Source: Octopus vulgaris (taxonomy: Eukaryota). From it: a stretch of 64,000 bases of DNA. The first letter of the stretch is position 1, and each line of letters opens with the position of its first letter. Under the pieces are notes generated by a model. That model ran no database searches. It was given only the letters and a program-made list of their open reading frames with translations, and had not been told where the DNA came from. The position numbers and the translations under genes are program-made. The stretch is from positions 18,972,001 to 19,036,000 of the forward strand of contig OX597818.1 in the NCBI GenBank assembly GCA_951406725.2, written 5' to 3'. Positions 13,015 through 26,130 of the stretch are shown one piece after another.

Positions 13015-13311
13015 CACACACTGTTTATAGAGACATAATCAATATTGCTTCACTTTCACCTCCTACCTTCATTCGCCTCTTCCTACTACTTTTCTCCCTA
13101 CAGTCACCCCCGCCCCCCACACACACACTCAAAGACTGTATATAACCTCCTCTTTTCCTTTTTCCTTCTCGTCTCCGCTTCCGTGTCTTCCTCTCCTTTC
13201 TCTTCCTTTTACTTCCCTGCTAATATATATCTTACCCTTTTTTTTTATTGTTATTTCCCATTCTACGATTCCTCCTACGCCTCCCGCCCCTCATTACTTC
13301 TGTAACTCCCT

Positions 13312-13357
<46 letters not shown>

Positions 13358-13413
13358 CATATACCGAAATACAGCTTCGGTCACCACCATCACCACCACC
13401 GTTGCTACTGTTA

Positions 13414-13450
<37 letters not shown>

Positions 13451-13624
13451 ACACCACTACTAACACCACTTGGTTTCCCCTCTTCTACCTCCTACTTCCT
13501 CTGCTCTGTCTACTTGTTCGTTTCTGCAGTACATAACCCTCTGTTTGTCGTTACGACAGGAACCTACCTAGCTTGTATTTCGTTTCTCACATGTGATAGA
13601 TAGAGAGAGAGAGAGGGGGAGAGA

Positions 13625-13658
<34 letters not shown>

Positions 13659-13780
13659 AAGAAAAAGGGGGTTGAAGTTGTGACTGCGTGTGTGTGTGTG
13701 AAAGAGTGAGAGAATGAGAGAATAGAGAAAGAGAATAACAGCTAACAACTATGTGAGACAAACAAAACCGCAAAAACAGC

Positions 13781-13781
13781 T

Positions 13782-13843
<62 letters not shown>

Positions 13844-14250
13844 ATGGTGGTGGTGGTAGTAGTAGTAGTAGTAATGATGGTGGTGGGTAGTAGTAGTAGT
13901 AGTAGTAGTGATGGTGGTGGTGGTGGTAGTAGTAGTAGTAGTAATGGTGGTGGTGGTGGTAGTAGTAGTAGTAGTAATGATGGTGGTGGTGGTGGTAGTA
14001 GTAGTAGTAGTAATGATGGTGGTGGTGGTGGTAGTAGTAGTAGTAATGAAGGTGGTGGTGCTGGTAGTAGTAGTACTAGTGGCAGTAGAGGCGGTAGTGG
14101 TTGTAGTAGTAATAGTTGTAGTAGCAGTAGTTGTTGTTGTAGTTATTGTTGTGTCGATGTAGCAGCAGCAGCAGCAGCAGCAGCAGGTGTAATAATAGTT
14201 GCATCGTTGACGGTGGTGGTGGTCATTGCTGTAGTAATAGCAGTAATGAA
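13781..14250. repeat. Compound trinucleotide microsatellite (TAG/TGG/CAG) with a higher-order unit of about 33 bp
   Basis: Direct reading of the sequence. Confidence 0.95.
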
Positions 14251-14573
14251 GAAATGACCGAATCAAGGAGTTTATTACGTCACTGAATTTTCTCTATTGC
14301 GCAAGAGAAAAAGCTCGGCAACAACAACAACAACTTCGACGGCGATGACGACAATCGCAACAACAAAAACAATACAAGAAACTTAAAGACTGCCCAATCG
14401 ATAGATGTTTCCACAACAAACCAAAGCGTTGAGAATTCGGATCTTGTGATTGGCACTATATAACGAGACGGTCCGATTCACAAATCTTTAAGAGATATAC
14501 CTATGTATTCCATTCCTATTATAATTCATTTCACGTTTAGGAAGCTATATGCAAATATTAAATCAGCGCAGGT

Positions 14574-14920
14574 GGAAGTGGAAGCACTCCGTCGGTTACG
14601 ACGACGAGGGTTCCGGTTGATCCGAATCAACGGAACAGCCTGCTCGTGAAATTAACGTGTAAGTGGCTGAGCACTCCACAGACACGTGTACCCTTAACGT
14701 AGTTCTCGGGGATATTCAGTGTGACACAGAGAGTGACAAGGCCGGCCCTTTGAAATACAGGTACAACAGAAACAGGAAGTAAGAGTGAGAGAAAGTTGTG
14801 GTGAAAGAGTACAGCAGGGATCCGGAGCCTCGTGGAGCTTTAGGTGTTTTCGCTCAATAAACACTTACAACGCCCGGTCTGGGAATCGAAACCCTAACCA
14901 CTGGGCCATTGCGCCTCCAC
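14574..14920 (-). mobile_element. SINE family C (tRNA head) with 14-bp TSD
   Basis: AAATCAGCGCAGGT is duplicated at 14560-14573 and 14921-14934. Head on the minus strand is GTGGAGGCGCAATGGCCCAGTGGTTAGGG. Confidence 0.92.
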
Positions 14921-15064
14921 AAATCAGCGCAGGTAATTGACTGGCATTTATTTTACTGTATGAAAGGATGAAAGACGATGTAAACTGCTGCTGGATTTGA
15001 ACCCAGAACGTAAATGACCGTAAATAAATGTCGCGTGCACTTTGTGGGATATCCCGATCGTATC

Positions 15065-15300
15065 TTTCTCTTTTACTCTTTTACTTGTTTCAGACAATTG
15101 ACTGCGGCCATGCTGGAGCACCGCCTTTAATCGAGCAAATCGACCCCAGGACTTATTCTTTGTGAGCCCAGTACTTGTTCTATCGGTTCTCTTTTGCCGA
15201 ACCGCTAAGTGACGGGGACGTAAACACACCAGCATCGGTTGTCAAGCAATGCTAGGGGGACAAACAGAGACACACAAACTTATACACACACATACACACA
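15065..15300 (-). mobile_element. SINE family B 3' half
   Basis: TTGACTGCGGCCATGCTGGAGCACCGCC...GACCCCAGGACTTATTCTTTGT. Confidence 0.85.
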
Positions 15301-15780
15301 TATGTAGCTGAGGGTTAAGTCTAACAGACGTGAGTAGATAACGGTGAGTTAAAATAACCCAGCTATCGTGGGTCCACGATTTGGGGCAAGCAGGGGCAAA
15401 GAACCACCTTTGATCAGAGGAAGTGGGGAAGTCTCTTTCCATCTAAGCAGTACATCACTCTTTCTTCTATTGCGTTGTAAGTACATCATAAATACTACAT
15501 GTACATGTATGTATGTATGTATGTATGTATGTATGTATGTATGTATGTATGTATGTATGTATGTATGTATGAATGTATGTATGTATGTATGTATGTATGT
15601 ATGTATGTATGTATGAATGTATGTATGCATGTATGTATGTATGTATGTATGTATGTATGTATGTATGTATGGATGGATGGATGGATGGATGGATGGATGG
15701 ATGTATGTATGTATGTATGTATGTATGTATGAATGTATGTATGTATGTATGTATGTATGTATGCATGCATGAATGTATGT

Positions 15781-16328
15781 CAGGTCACTTTCAAGTGCTA
15801 CTGGTAACATGTAACCCAGTACAAATTGTTGTATGGTCGGGTCGTCGGCGACTAAACCGGCAACCCCACCAAGATTGCTTGGTGAGGAGGGTGTTTACTG
15901 GACATCCTGCGGGACGAAAAACAAAACCCGTCAAAGGGCGGAGGAACTCTTGAGAGTCAACGGCCATTCAATAAATGTCTTAAGGCCGTATCATGCGCGG
16001 GGACATAGAAATAATCGGACTGAATACCCGATCGCGCGGTTAAACTATTGAGAGTGAAGGACTCTTAGCCTTTGTTAGGGCATCCTTCTAGAAGGTAACT
16101 CAGGTAACTGGGATAACTCCGACACAGAACCTGCGGCTCAGTGGTTACCGATGATGTTGACTTGTTCTTCTTTTCGGATTATGGCTGCTGTTGCTTAGTG
16201 CGTGGGATTGACTCAGTGCACAGCCTTTCCCCACTTAAAAAAAATCTTCTTGCACAGGCATTGCACGATAACAACATTGATTAAGCTTCGTGCAATGGCC
16301 ATACTCGATAACGAGGGGGCAGCCACCA
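15781..16328 (+). mobile_element. About 548-bp non-coding retroelement-like insert within (ATGT)n
   Basis: Complex block of about 50% GC bounded on both sides by (ATGT)n. Motifs AAACCCGTCAAAGGGCGGAGGAA and GGGCATCCTTCTAGAAGGTAACTC resemble RTE/RTEX 5' UTRs (from memory). Several hairpins. Confidence 0.55.
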
Positions 16329-16366
16329 TGAATGTATGTATGTATGTATGTATGTATGTATGTATG

Positions 16367-16400
<34 letters not shown>

Positions 16401-16466
16401 TGTATGTATGTATGAATGTATGTAGGTATTTATGTGTGCATTTGCATCTACCTATCTATCTATATT

Positions 16467-16833
16467 ACAGACATCCACTGCTGATATCGCCAGTTCTGAC
16501 GGTTTTTTGAGCCCACTGCAGACGGCGGCGAACTGCCTCTGGACAAATACATTTGCGGTGATTCCCTATTGTTCACCGAGCTGATTCCGTTGCCCTCCGG
16601 AATCAGTCCTGCAACTGCTATCGGTGCAGATGGAGGTCTTGACGTGCCGTTGTAACCCTCGGCCGGCCACTGCGTAGGCGATTATCCGTGCTGTTTGTGG
16701 CATTCTATCGTTCTCTCAACCGCTCAATTGTCCGAATACTGCAGTTCAAGACATTAGCAATGACCCATGGACATTGACCAGCATAGAGACGTCCGATGGC
16801 TTGTTTCCTCTGATTTCGTGTCAGTCATGGTAT
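16467..16833 (-). pseudogene. Tc1-like transposase N-terminal (paired HTH) relic
   Basis: Manual translation: IP*LTRNQRKQAIGRLYAGQCPWVIANVLNCSIRTIERLRER*NATNSTDNRLRSGRPRVTTARQD...AVRRRL. The GRPR motif and HTH pattern are Tc1-type, with several stops. TATAAAA lies upstream at 16881-16887 on the minus strand. Confidence 0.8.
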
Positions 16834-17170
16834 GCTTCCTGCGTTCAGGAAACGAATGACAGGCTGGAAAATTTGGGTGCTTTTATACCCAATGAATCAA
16901 CGTTTTGACTCTGCATCATGCTTTTCATAAGAATGCGTTCGTGAACATTACCATGTTCATGAAAAGTGAGCGAGTTTGAACCCTAGATGCAATCCTTGTG
17001 TATTCAAAAGAGAGTGGTGTTGTGGGTCAGTGACATCTTCCTGATATGTGATAAAATTAATATAATCTCAATACGTGTGTGAAACAAATAATCTCTTACA
17101 GCGCGACGTTTCTTTTGTAGTTCAGTAAACGCATACATACACACATCTACATACATACATACATTCATAC

Positions 17171-17216
<46 letters not shown>

Positions 17217-17494
17217 TACAGAATGGGGCAAGAACGCAAAGCATCCAGACAGACGATACAAAGAAAACAAGGATATATATATATATATATACATACAAAT
17301 ATATATACATATTCTTTGTAGCAATTATCAAGGAAAATTCAAAGTAAAAGATGATTGGAATCACTAGTAATTTGATGCGAAAGTGAGGTGAGCATGAGTC
17401 TTCAAAGAGTACGGGAGAGTGTGAAGGAAGGATAATAAGTGCATAACGTTCGATGGTATAGTGAGGGCGTACAGTTAAGGAGATGTATGCACTG

Positions 17495-17795
17495 AAGGCA
17501 CATGGCTCAGTGGCTAAAGTGTCGTGCTCGCAATCATGAGGTAGTGAGTTCGATTCCCCGACCAGGTTGTGTATTGTGTTCTTGAGTAAGATACTTTATT
17601 TCACATGCTCCAGTTCACTCAGCTATAGAAATGATGTCAAGCTGTATCGGTCTTTGCTTTGCCAATAGATAACATCAGTGACACGGAGAGGGGAGACTGG
17701 TATGCATGGGCAACTGCTGGTCTTCCATAAACAACCTTGCCCGGACTTGTGCCGTGGAGGGTAACTTTCTTGGCAATTCCATGGTCATTCATGGG
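17495..17795 (+). mobile_element. tRNA-derived SINE (family C relative)
   Basis: A box TGGCTCAGTGG and B box AGTTCGATTCC. The body matches 47676-47955. Confidence 0.8.
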
Positions 17796-17796
17796 G

Positions 17797-17862
<66 letters not shown>

Positions 17863-18044
17863 AAGTAGATAAATGAATTATCTTATTACGGATTATTCAA
17901 ATGATAACCGACATCTGGGTAGCAAAAATCACAACAGAAAAAGCACGGTTGAGGTTACGACCATGGGGCCTAAAATCCATGGGCTCCTCGTGAGCGTTTG
18001 TCAAAAAGCTTGCTGTGCATTTTGTTGGAGAATTAAGTTTCTGG

Positions 18045-18130
18045 ATTTTCCTGAAGAGAAGGCTGCAAAATGGACTCCTTATTCAATCCGAATTAGGGAC
18101 TTTGCAGCCTTTGAAACATATGTAAAAAAT
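18045..18130 (+). ncRNA. Type I hammerhead ribozyme, intact core, long stem II
   Basis: ATTTTC-CTGAAGA-GAAGGCTGCAAA...TTTGCAGCCTTT-GAAA-C-ATAT-G-TA-AAAAAT. 12-bp stem II, palindromic loop III, GUA triplet and one mismatch in stem I. It lies in a module of about 320 bp (17861-18180) flanked by (TA)n on both sides. Confidence 0.8.
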
Positions 18131-18178
18131 AATAAAAAGGAATTTTGTTAAATCTTCGTTCAGCTCCATTTCTTCCTA

Positions 18179-18233
<55 letters not shown>

Positions 18234-19959
18234 ACTCACCCAACAAGAACTCACTACTTGAATGGACCATAAACAAAACTTGACTTAAACAGGATTCGAA
18301 TAATCCTATCAGGCGGTGCTATTAAGTTAGACATGGCCTGGACCAATCCTTGGTCGAAACATAACTAAGTTTATCTAAGTTTATATATATATATATACTT
18401 ATATATATATACACACAAATACATATACATAGACAGACATGTACTCTTAAAACATGCATATGCATACATGCTGATGCATACGCCCGTACATAAACTCAGA
18501 TCGAGGTATACTCAGTAATACTCGCATACACGTACGCGCTGATACCTATGGACATAGAGGAGCGTATATGTGTGTGTGTGTGTGTAGTGACAGGGATGTA
18601 CATACATGTCTATATGCATACATTTACGCATGTTCGCATACTCATCATACATTCATATAGATGAATACGGGATATTGTAAGTTGACTGATAAGGAATGAA
18701 TGAAAAATGTAATAAAAAAAAACAGATGTATGAATCTTATTGTGGACAATCAGTTGGGCTAAGGTTATTGAATAGTCAGCAGTGGGTGGGATAATGTTTG
18801 AAGGTTGCAAATAAAATAAGATAAATGAAGCCATCTGAGGATAGCCTGTCAGCACTGTGAGTCTGATATGGTAAGTTGTGGGGGAAGAGTTAAACACCAA
18901 CTGGTTATATTGGAGTTGGCTATAGAAGAATAAAATATTAAAATAGTAAAATATTACTGAAAGAGCATGCTTATTAGCAATAAATGAAATATTTATATAT
19001 AGGCAAACATATATATATACCTCATTATTCCTTTATTAAATACCAGTATATACCAATTGATTAATAGTCACTGATATTATCTGATATATTAGTATTTAAG
19101 TTTATAATATGTATAAATATTAATCTATTTCTGGATAATTTCTTTTCCTCCCTCTATTGTGGTAAAAGTTTGGTATATACTCAAAAGTATTCATAAAACA
19201 TTTTATCCTTTTATTATAATTATTCTTCTTAATAATCCTCTGAATAACTCTAAACTTTAACTTTATACAATATAGCAGTATTGCTTAAAATATTAACTAT
19301 AGTACTACATGATAAGATTTCCCCTGTTTCATTATCAATGGTCTGCTAGTGGCCAGCTCCCTTAATTGTCAGCTAACATCTTGATTTAAGTTTTCCTTTA
19401 CCAAATCTCATGATATTGCTTCAAATAAATCTTGATTTTTATGACTATATCCACTAGGATTTCTGTCGATTCATTCAGCCCTACCCCTAACAGACACTGC
19501 CCCTGTTCTCTCAGCCGTAGATATACACTAGTTTAGATATATACTAGTTTAGATATAAACTAGTCTATGAATTAAAACTGACCCCATCAAACAGTGACAA
19601 GCAAAATCTGTAACAAGTCTTTCTTCCTGATACTTTACCTTCTAAGTGGAAGGCAGCTAAGGCAGCATGTTCTTTGTCTATCTCCTTAACTTCTTGGAGA
19701 TTTTAGGGAAAATTATACTAATGTGTCCATCTGTTTTAATTTAATTAAATTCTATGTCTTTGTGCAGCTGAGGATTGCTCAGCATTTAAATTGATGTAAT
19801 GGTTGCATTGTTCAATTAAATGGAGTTCCGTGAAACGATCGTACTGCATTACCTCTGGATATCCTTGCTGCTTATTTTGATTTTAATCACCTTATTTTAA
19901 AATTGTATGGATAATACCGTACTAAATCCTGGTGCCTCAACTTAAGTACCATATTCATC

Positions 19960-19995
<36 letters not shown>

Positions 19996-20069
19996 CTCGT
20001 ATATTCCATTTTCCGTCTGTCATTTATGTGCGTGGGGGGAGTACATATACACTCCCTTATATACTCGCA

Positions 20070-20430
20070 AATATAAGTTAGCTGTAGGTTCGAATAGAGA
20101 GGACAATAACTTATGGAGATGAGGTAAATAGTGTGATAATGAATGATAGAACCGTATTTAACAAAATACCTTTAATATAGAATAAGAAATCTGGTAAGAT
20201 AAGTATATAAATTTAGTTCAACTAGTGTATAATTATAATGGGCATAATATAAATCACAAGCTAGGTGGGGTGTAGAAACAGGAATTAATGGAGGAGAGTA
20301 ACGTAAGAGTCAACAAATACAAAATATATAAGAAAAGAGTATGATGATAAGTAATTATATAAATTCAATTAAGTGAGCTACATGTTATTGGAAAAATATT
20401 AGATGGCTTTACAGAGGTGTTTGCTTTACT
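20070..20430 (-). mobile_element. Inverted 5' pLTR of the split PLE
   Basis: Reverse complement aligns with 27245-27600 (TAGGTTCGAATAGAG...GAATGATAGAACCGTA; GCCATCTAATATTTT...TAGCTCACTTAATT). Confidence 0.7.
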
Positions 20431-20883
20431 GAGCTGGGAACGATCACCCTAATCTCCATACATTTGTTCTAAATAGTGTCATTAAGGGGATCGCTATTGG
20501 AATTTCATGTCTGTCTGTAACTAAAGCAATATTTAACAACCATACCACTTATTATAATCAGGTGCTATTAGCCAATGGTTTTTCCCACCAAATAGAATTC
20601 TTATCTAACACTAGACTTAAGAATTCCTTAGAACAATTAGATCCTTATTCTAGGTACCCCAAAACAACGAATATAATACTCCCAACTAGAGATAAGAACA
20701 CTCAACCCAATATCCCATACTCATAGCAAATAACTTACTGAACGTGCCCAACTATCTTTTTCTCGCTCGTGCGAAATATAATCATGAAGATAATCCTTGA
20801 GCGAAATATTATCTTCAAGATAAAGTTACATCTCAGATACCCACTAGTAACTTGAATACTATGACCTCAAGTTTACCAAAGAG

Positions 20884-21137
20884 AAGCGGAGTAGAAGCAT
20901 TCTTTGGTGTACACCCACCTTCTTTTAAATGATAAGAGCTTACCTATGCAATTCTACGCTATCGTCAAATCTAATTTCTCACCACACCATGTGTTTCACT
21001 AAATCTTTAACCGATCCACGCTTAAATTATCCTATTCCACTGTACCTAGTATCGAATCCATTATAGCTGCACATAACAAGCGCAAATTTAACAGACATAT
21101 CCCATCAACCGCAACTAAGGATGATAATAATACAGAT
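20884..21137 (+). pseudogene. PLE RT-thumb/linker region relic
   Basis: KRSRSILWCTPTF*...FYAIVKSNFSPHHVFH*IFNRSTLKLSYSTVPSIESIIAAHNKRK matches the PLE linker pattern RKRxIIWFNPP...KIFNRNTVKLSYSCMPNIxSIIxAHNKK (pattern from memory). Confidence 0.85.
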
Positions 21138-21252
21138 GATTGTGATGCTGTGCTTAGTGTACCTCTATCAGACAGGTAGTCATGATTGGTATATTGGCTT
21201 CAAACATTTGTAACCCAGTGTCACTTTGATGGCAAGCACTGCTCTCTCACTC

Positions 21253-21300
<48 letters not shown>

Positions 21301-21301
<1 letters not shown>

Positions 21302-21855
21302 GCCCTGATGCAGTACCAGGCAGTGGCTCTCATGGCTTCTGATCTTAACTGATTGGAAGTGTTATCATGTACATTGTTTTGTCTTGCTATAAAAGATGGG
21401 CTACAGCAAATATTCTGCTCAATACCACAGATTTGCTTGTCAGTTGTTTGACCTTAACCAGTTGAGCACGTCCCTTAGTGGCTGACGATATGTGCATCTC
21501 TGATCACGAGCAGAAGTAGTGGGAGAGCATCATAGCCATGTGTTGAGAGGGATTCTTTGGGGTTTGAATAGTTCACCTCTGGAAACATGGGTGGTTCTTT
21601 CAACATCCTTAAACAACCCTTATTCAGGGACCGTTTGAGCGGGATGGGCTACTCAACCTGAAGAAAATTCTAACTGGGCCCCACCTGCAAGGTCATGTGC
21701 TGTTTATCTTGATATGCGATCACCATGTCGCGCACATATGGTTGTGATGCATGTGCTTGGTGTACCTTTATCAGACGGGTAGTCATGATGGGTATATTGG
21801 GCTTCGTATATTTTACCCCAGTGTCACTTTGATGGCATGAACTGCTCTCTCACTC
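21301..21855 (+). mobile_element. 555-bp non-coding element flanked by (AAT)n, copy 1
   Basis: Highly similar full copy at 23708-24258, 5' partial at 24843-25015 and 3' partial at 21139-21253. Every complete end abuts (AAT)n or (GAT)n. Confidence 0.85.
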
Positions 21856-21894
<39 letters not shown>

Positions 21895-21957
21895 CATAAT
21901 AATAATAATAATAATAATAATAATAGTAATAATAATAATGATAATGATAATAATAAT

Positions 21958-23632
21958 GACACCTTTGGCACTGACACCTTTATCTGACATGCTAAACAAA
22001 ACTGGTTGTAGGTACAACTGTTGCGGCAAAACAATCAGCCACCTCTTAAATATGGATGATCTAAAATTGTATGCTATAAATGATAACCAGCTGAAAACCT
22101 TACTTTCGACAGTACATGGATTTACCAAAGAAATAAACATGAAATTTTGCTTAGAAAAACGTACCACAGTGACCTTGAAAAGAGGAAAACTAGTTAATAG
22201 TAACTTCATCATACTAGATAAAGCAAATGAAATAAGAGAATTAGACCATAGTCAGACATACAAATACTTGGGAATCAATAAACTAGATACGATACAACAC
22301 ACACACAAATGAAAGGGAAAATAAAAAAAGAATACTATAGACGAGTTAGATTAATACTGAAAACATAGCTCAATGCGAGAAACAAGAAAATAGGTATCAA
22401 CACTCTAACCGTCCAAGTTATATGTTACAGCTACAATATTCTTAACTTGACTTTAAATGAAGTGATCAAGATAGACAGGACATCAAGAAAAATAATGATA
22501 GGATTTAGGATGCACCACCTACAATCTGACATAGAAAAGTTATATATACAATGTATCGATGGTGGTAGATACCTTATACAGCTAGAAAACTATTACAAGG
22601 TAACCAACGTAGGACTACAGAAATACCAACTTCACAAGCAAGGAAAACTAATAGAAATAGCCATAAAACACGAACAAAAACAAAAACCGTTTTCAGTCTT
22701 TAAGGAATCTAACAAATGCAAACAAGAAGTCATACTACCTAACATCAATGAAGAAAAAGAAGAAACAGCAAAAGCTGTAAAACAAATGAAATCCAAACTA
22801 AAACTAGAACAGCAACGGATCATGATAAAACGATGGCAAGAAAAGCCCCTTCATGGCAAATGCTGGGTTAAACTAAACGCAAAAGAAATAGACAAAGCAA
22901 AATCCCAACAATGGCTGAAAAGCTTAGGACTCAAAGCAGACACTGAAGAAGCCTTTCCACCAGAAATTACCAAAAACATGTAATGAAAAGAAACATGACA
23001 AGTAACTGCAGAACATGGGGAGATGGAGAAGAAACAATTTTTCACATTGTCTCTGACCGCCCAGTTCTGTCTAAGAAGGAATATATCCACAGACACGACA
23101 GAGTTGGAATCTACATACACTAGAAGCTATGCCAACACTATGGAATAACAACAGAAAAAAGATGCTACAAGCAAACGCCAGAAAAGGTCACAGAAAAGCA
23201 ACCGTACTCTGTGATATACTAATACACACAGACAGAGAAATTAAGGCCAATAGGCCGAATATAGTTGTCAGAGATGACCAAGAAAAAAGATGCTTTCTAA
23301 TCGATGTATCAATATCAACAGATGACAATGTTTCTCTCAAAGAGGAGTGACTTTCAAAATACAAAGACCTGGAAATAGAGGTAACTCGAATGTGGAGTCT
23401 AAAAACAGAAATAATTCCTATCATAGTAGATGCATTAGGTATGACAAATACATAACAAAAACACCAGGACTAACAAGTATATGTAACATACAGAAAATAG
23501 CAAACATCCTAAGTAAAACACTTTCAATACGGTAACTATCAGAGCATCAAAACAAACTACAGCACATACCCAGGGCACACAGGACTGTGTTCGGTAGTGC
23601 AGTGTAAGCACGTGATAAAAATAAGATTACTG
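21958..23632 (+). mobile_element. R4/Dong non-LTR retrotransposon, 5'-truncated and decayed (RT C-terminus plus restriction-like endonuclease)
   Basis: LALTPLSDMLN, HLLNMDDLKLYA, YKYLGI, WQEKPLHGK, degenerate CCHC (CR..GDGEETIFHIVS), RHDRV, NRPNIVV..LIDVSI, KYKDLEIE. Flanked by (AAT)n, the known Dong-type target. Confidence 0.92.
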
Positions 23633-23707
23633 AATAATAATGATAATAATAATAATATTTATAATAATAATAATAACAATAACAACAACAAAAATAATAA
23701 TAATAAA

Positions 23708-24258
23708 TGCCCTGATGCAGTACCAGGCAGTCGCTCTCATGGCTTCTCATCTTAACTGATTGGAAGTGTTATCATGTACATTGTTTTGTCTTGCTATAAA
23801 AGATGGGCTACAATAAATATTCTGCTCAATACCACAGATTTGCTTGTCAGTTGTTTGACTTTAACTAGTTGAGCATGTCCCTTAGTGGCTGACGATATGT
23901 GCATCTCTGATCACGAGTAGAAGTAGTGGGGGTTCATCATAGCCATGTGTTGAGAGGAATTCTTTCGAGTTTGGATCATTCATCTTTGGAAACATGGGTG
24001 TTTCGTTTAACATCCTTAAACAACCCTTGTTCAGGGACCTTTTGAGCAGGATGGGCTACTCGACTTGAAGAAAATTCTAACTTGGCCCCAAGTGGAAGGT
24101 CATGCGCTGTTTATCTTGATATGAGACCACCATGTCACGCGCATATGGTTGTGATGCATGTGCCTTGTGTATCCTTATCAGACGGGTAGTCATGGTGGGT
24201 ATACTGGGCTTCGTATATTTTACCCCAGTGTCACTTTGATGGCATGCACTGCTCTCTC
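23708..24258 (+). mobile_element. 555-bp (AAT)n-flanked element, copy 2
   Basis: Collinear with 21301-21855 from TGCCCTGATGCAGTACCAGGCAGT to CACTGCTCTCTC. Confidence 0.85.
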
Positions 24259-24313
24259 AATAATAATAATAATAATAATAATAATGATAATAATAATAGT
24301 AATAGTAATAGTA

Positions 24314-24349
<36 letters not shown>

Positions 24350-24358
24350 GTAATAGTA

Positions 24359-24465
<107 letters not shown>

Positions 24466-24466
24466 C

Positions 24467-24517
<51 letters not shown>

Positions 24518-24709
24518 GTCAAGACGAAGAGCGAGATTCGATTGTAAGATATTTTATTAGTTGAACGATATTTCAACAGTACGTCTTTCTTTGTCAATTT
24601 CGAATTTTTATCACTTCTTATTTTAAACTTGACAAAGACAGACGTACTGATGAAATATCGTTCAACTAATAAAATATCTTACAATTGAATCGCGCTCTTC
24701 GTCTTGACA
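24518..24709. repeat. Inverted repeat with arms of about 80 bp and a spacer of about 30 bp
   Basis: GTCAAGACGAAGAGCG...CTTTGTCAA pairs with TTGACAAAG...CGCTCTTCGTCTTGAC. Confidence 0.9.
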
Positions 24710-24758
24710 CTTTACTTTTGTAAAGAGTTACGTCAATCATTTTGAAGATATAATAATA

Positions 24759-24840
<82 letters not shown>

Positions 24841-25326
24841 AATGCCCTGCTATAATGGCTCTCATGGCTTTTGATCTTAACTGATTGGAAGTGTTATGTA
24901 CATGTCTGGTCTTGGTATAAAATGATTGACTACAGAAAATATTCTGCTCAATACAACAGGTTTGTTTGTCAGTTGCTTCACCTTAACCAGCTATGGGTGT
25001 CCTTTAGTGGCCGACAATAAATACGTCATGTATTGCTCCCTCACTCTCTGTCTCATTATTTCGAACTGAGGGCCACGAGAACTTAATTTGCTCTCCTCAC
25101 TAGCACAAAATCCGGTGTCTGAGAATTTAATAGTTTTTCCGAAACTTTTGGGGGCAAGGTGGGGTTGTGGCGGTATTAGTTGTGCTGGTGGTGATAGCTT
25201 TTGTTGTGTTAACGGTTGCTATGTTGGAGGGATTGTTGTCCGATGTTTGTGTTGGTGTGAATCCAGATGTTTTTCTCTTGTGCTTTCATTTTGATTGTTT
25301 TGGGCCTCTATTGTTCCTCTTCATCT

Positions 25327-25832
25327 TCACTTCCTGATGTTTAGGAATCAGTGTCTGTGTAATCCGTCCCGGCAGGGAGATAAAGTCAGGGATCTTCTCC
25401 ATTTGGACTGGCTTTTACATAGAGTAGCACCTTCAGTGTGATTCCTGTCCAGTTCTCCCTCCTCGATCTCTTTATCTCTAGGAGATTATCACTTTTGACC
25501 CCGAAATTCCAACCCCGGCGGAATTTTAACTTAGAACGTTAAGACGGATGAAATACTGCTAAGCATTTTGTCCGGCGTGCTAACGATTCAACAACAGTAA
25601 TAATAACAATTATATTACTCTTTTACTTGCTTCAGTCATTTGACTGTGGCCATGCTGGAGCACCGCCTTTAGTGGAGCAAATCGACCCCAGGACTTATTC
25701 TTTGTAAGCCTAGTACTTATTCTATCGTTCTCTTTTGCCGAACCACTAAGTTACGGGGACGTAAACACACCAGTAAAGGTTGTCAAGCGATGTTGGGGGG
25801 ACAAACACAGACAAACAAACATACACACACAC

Positions 25833-25889
<57 letters not shown>

Positions 25890-26092
25890 CATATATACGA
25901 AGGGCTTCTTTCAGTTTCCGTCTACCAAATCCACTCACAAGGCTTTGGTTGGCCCGAGGCTATAGTAGAAGACACTTTCTCAAGGTGCCACGCAGTGGGA
26001 CTGAACCCTGAACCATGTGGTTGGTAAGCAAGCTACTTACCACACAGCCACTCCTACGCCTATTAGTAAAGATGATGATAATAATAATGATG

Positions 26093-26130
<38 letters not shown>

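Noticed and set aside
13781-14266. Poly-Thr, poly-Val and Gly-Ser ORFs
   Set aside because: Compound trinucleotide microsatellite with no splice or domain evidence.
21301-24258. LTR retrotransposon-like layout (direct repeats flanking an RT)
   Set aside because: The internal RT is non-LTR R4/Dong. The repeats are separated from it by (AAT)n, lack a PBS or PPT, and occur independently nearby.
24648-24660. CTGATGA as a hammerhead core
   Set aside because: No stem II, GAAA or NUH arrangement follows it.
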